This document shows positions 62,878-64,000 of a DNA stretch of 64,000 nucleotides, in pieces (positions within the stretch are counted from its first letter, which is position 1; each line of letters starts with the position of its first letter). The notes below the pieces were generated by a model. The model had not been told where the DNA came from. It saw only the letters and a list, made by a program, of their open reading frames with translations, and did not search any database. A program made the translations under genes and the position numbers. Source of the DNA: Anaerolineales bacterium (lineage in GTDB: Bacteria > Chloroflexota > Anaerolineae > Anaerolineales > Villigracilaceae); assembly GCA_016744335.1 (NCBI GenBank), contig JADGEO010000008.1, positions 15,736-79,735 on the forward strand, read 5' to 3'.

Positions 62878-63918
62878 ATGAAAAAGTTATACCTTGTATT
62901 TGCGGTACTCGCAATTGCCGCTCTCGCACTTTCTGCTTGTGGAAGCTCTGAACCTGAAGCCGCCACAGTAAGCGAAGACGATTGTGCTGATGAAGCCGTC
63001 CTTTGCGTTGGTCTCGTAACCGATGTTGGAGAAATTGACGACAAATCTTTCAATCAATCTGCATGGGAAGGCGTTCAACTAGCTGTTGATGAAATGGGCG
63101 CATTTTCCAAATATGTTGAGACCAAAGATGCTAAAGATTATGCCGCTAATATCGGTCTTTTCGCTGAAAAAGACTATGATGTTATCGTCACTGTTGGTTT
63201 CGCAATGGGCGATGCAACATTAGCCGCCGCTGCCGAATACCCCGAAATTGATTTCATTGGTGTTGACCAAGGTCAATGGGGCGGAGAAGTGGCAAATGTA
63301 GCTGGGCTAATTTTCCCAGAAGATAAATCTGGTTTCTTGGCTGGTGCATTAGCCGCTCAAATGACCGAAACTGGCACTATCGCCGCTGTTCTCGGTACCG
63401 ACTTGGTTCCCCCTGTTGTTGCTTTCAAAGAAGGCTACGAAGCAGGCGCACTTTATATCAATCCTGATATTAACTTGATCTCCACCTATCACCCAGGTGG
63501 TATGGATGTTGCATTTGTTGACCCAGAATGGGGCGCAACTACCTCCAAGCAAGCTATTGACCAAGGCGCAGATGTTGTTTTCGGTGCTGGTGGAAAAACC
63601 GGTAACGGCGCACTCATCGAAGTTGCTTCTCACGAAGGCTCTCTCTGCATCGGTGTTGACACCGATCAATGGGAAACTGTTCCTGAAGCACAGCCTTGTT
63701 TGATCACAAGCGCGATGAAACTCATTACCCCCGGCGTTTTTGACCTAATCAGTGCTTCCTCTGCTGGCGAATTCCCCGCTGGTAACTTCCTCGGTACCGT
63801 TGGTTTAGCTCCATTCCATGATTTTGATGATTCTGTTCCTCAAGAAGTCAAAGACACCTTGGATGAAATTGATGCTGGCTTGCAAGACGGCAGCATTACC
63901 ACCGGTTACGGTGAGTAG
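62878..63918 (+). CDS. BMP-family (PnrA/Med/TmpC-like) ABC substrate-binding lipoprotein
   Basis: The lipoprotein signal is MKKLYLVFAVLAIAALALSA|C. BMP motifs are present: GLVTDVGEIDDKSFNQSAWEGV, and GVDTDQ follows later. Confidence 0.88.
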   Translation: MKKLYLVFAVLAIAALALSACGSSEPEAATVSEDDCADEAVLCVGLVTDVGEIDDKSFNQSAWEGVQLAVDEMGAFSKYVETKDAKDYAANIGLFAEKDYDVIVTVGFAMGDATLAAAAEYPEIDFIGVDQGQWGGEVANVAGLIFPEDKSGFLAGALAAQMTETGTIAAVLGTDLVPPVVAFKEGYEAGALYINPDINLISTYHPGGMDVAFVDPEWGATTSKQAIDQGADVVFGAGGKTGNGALIEVASHEGSLCIGVDTDQWETVPEAQPCLITSAMKLITPGVFDLISASSAGEFPAGNFLGTVGLAPFHDFDDSVPQEVKDTLDEIDAGLQDGSITTGYGE

Positions 63919-63940
63919 AGTATCGTTAGCTTAGAACTTA

Positions 63941-63975
63941 AAAGAGCGTGGCTTTAGAGCCACGCTCTTTTTTTA
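63941..63975 (+). terminator. intrinsic terminator after the BMP lipoprotein gene
   Basis: The stem is AGAGCGTGGC (63943-63952) / GCCACGCTCT (63959-63968), followed by a T-run. Confidence 0.85.
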
Positions 63976-64000
63976 TAAAAAAATCCTTGACACAAATAGC

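Noticed and set aside
1-64000. A search by eye for transposases, integrases, phage genes, tRNA/rRNA/tmRNA genes and toxin-antitoxin pairs that might explain the repeat-bracketed modules
   Set aside because: No ORF in the six-frame track shows DDE, tyrosine- or serine-recombinase motifs. None of the intergenic regions (the longest is about 425 nt) contains a tRNA-like cloverleaf that I could recognise. Short or degenerate elements could have been missed without a search tool.

Overview
This is a chromosomal segment from a bacterium, with gene content loosely suggesting a Chloroflexota/Anaerolineae-type organism (low-confidence guess). I found no rRNA, tRNA, CRISPR array, transposase or integrase. 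The left end carries the dcw tail murB-ddl-ftsQ-ftsA-ftsZ, followed on the minus strand by housekeeping genes: a family-5-like uracil-DNA glycosylase, an AlaX-type editing protein, queA and ruvB. The right end carries a glycolytic cluster, gap-pgk-(Ser/Thr kinase)-tpiA, then a GAF-PAS histidine kinase and a BMP-family lipoprotein. From about 10.7 to 54.6 kb the DNA is accessory-looking and dominated by signalling genes, in five parts. (1) A 3-gene module: a small secreted protein, a SipW-type signal peptidase fused to a membrane HD-GYP protein, and an RTX-repeat protein. It is bracketed by two copies of the ruvB promoter sequence. (2) upp, then a block with two REC-TadZ/CpaE-like proteins, a Flp-type pilin fused to a DUF1080/LamG-like domain, a hybrid kinase with HPt, an RR-HD-GYP and a NarL-type pair. 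(3) A co-directional run of about 23 kb holding a 1424-aa hybrid kinase. It also holds five sensor kinases with unrelated sensor regions but nearly identical transmitter cassettes at the DNA level. Three orphan solute-binding lipoproteins and a decayed sixth cassette are interleaved with them. (4) A tightly coupled operon of FHA, REC-kinase, PAS-GAF kinase and a KAP P-loop NTPase fused to an FGE/SUMF1-like domain. (5) Several families of intergenic repeats and hairpins: a CTTGAGTGC-core structured element, GTCT/AGAC heptad arrays and AAACGTG hairpins. The best candidates for an undescribed system are the FHA/two-kinase/KAP-FGE operon and the SipW::HD-GYP module. The kinase cassette array with orphan binding proteins comes next. 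All functional calls rest on motif recognition by eye; no database search was run.
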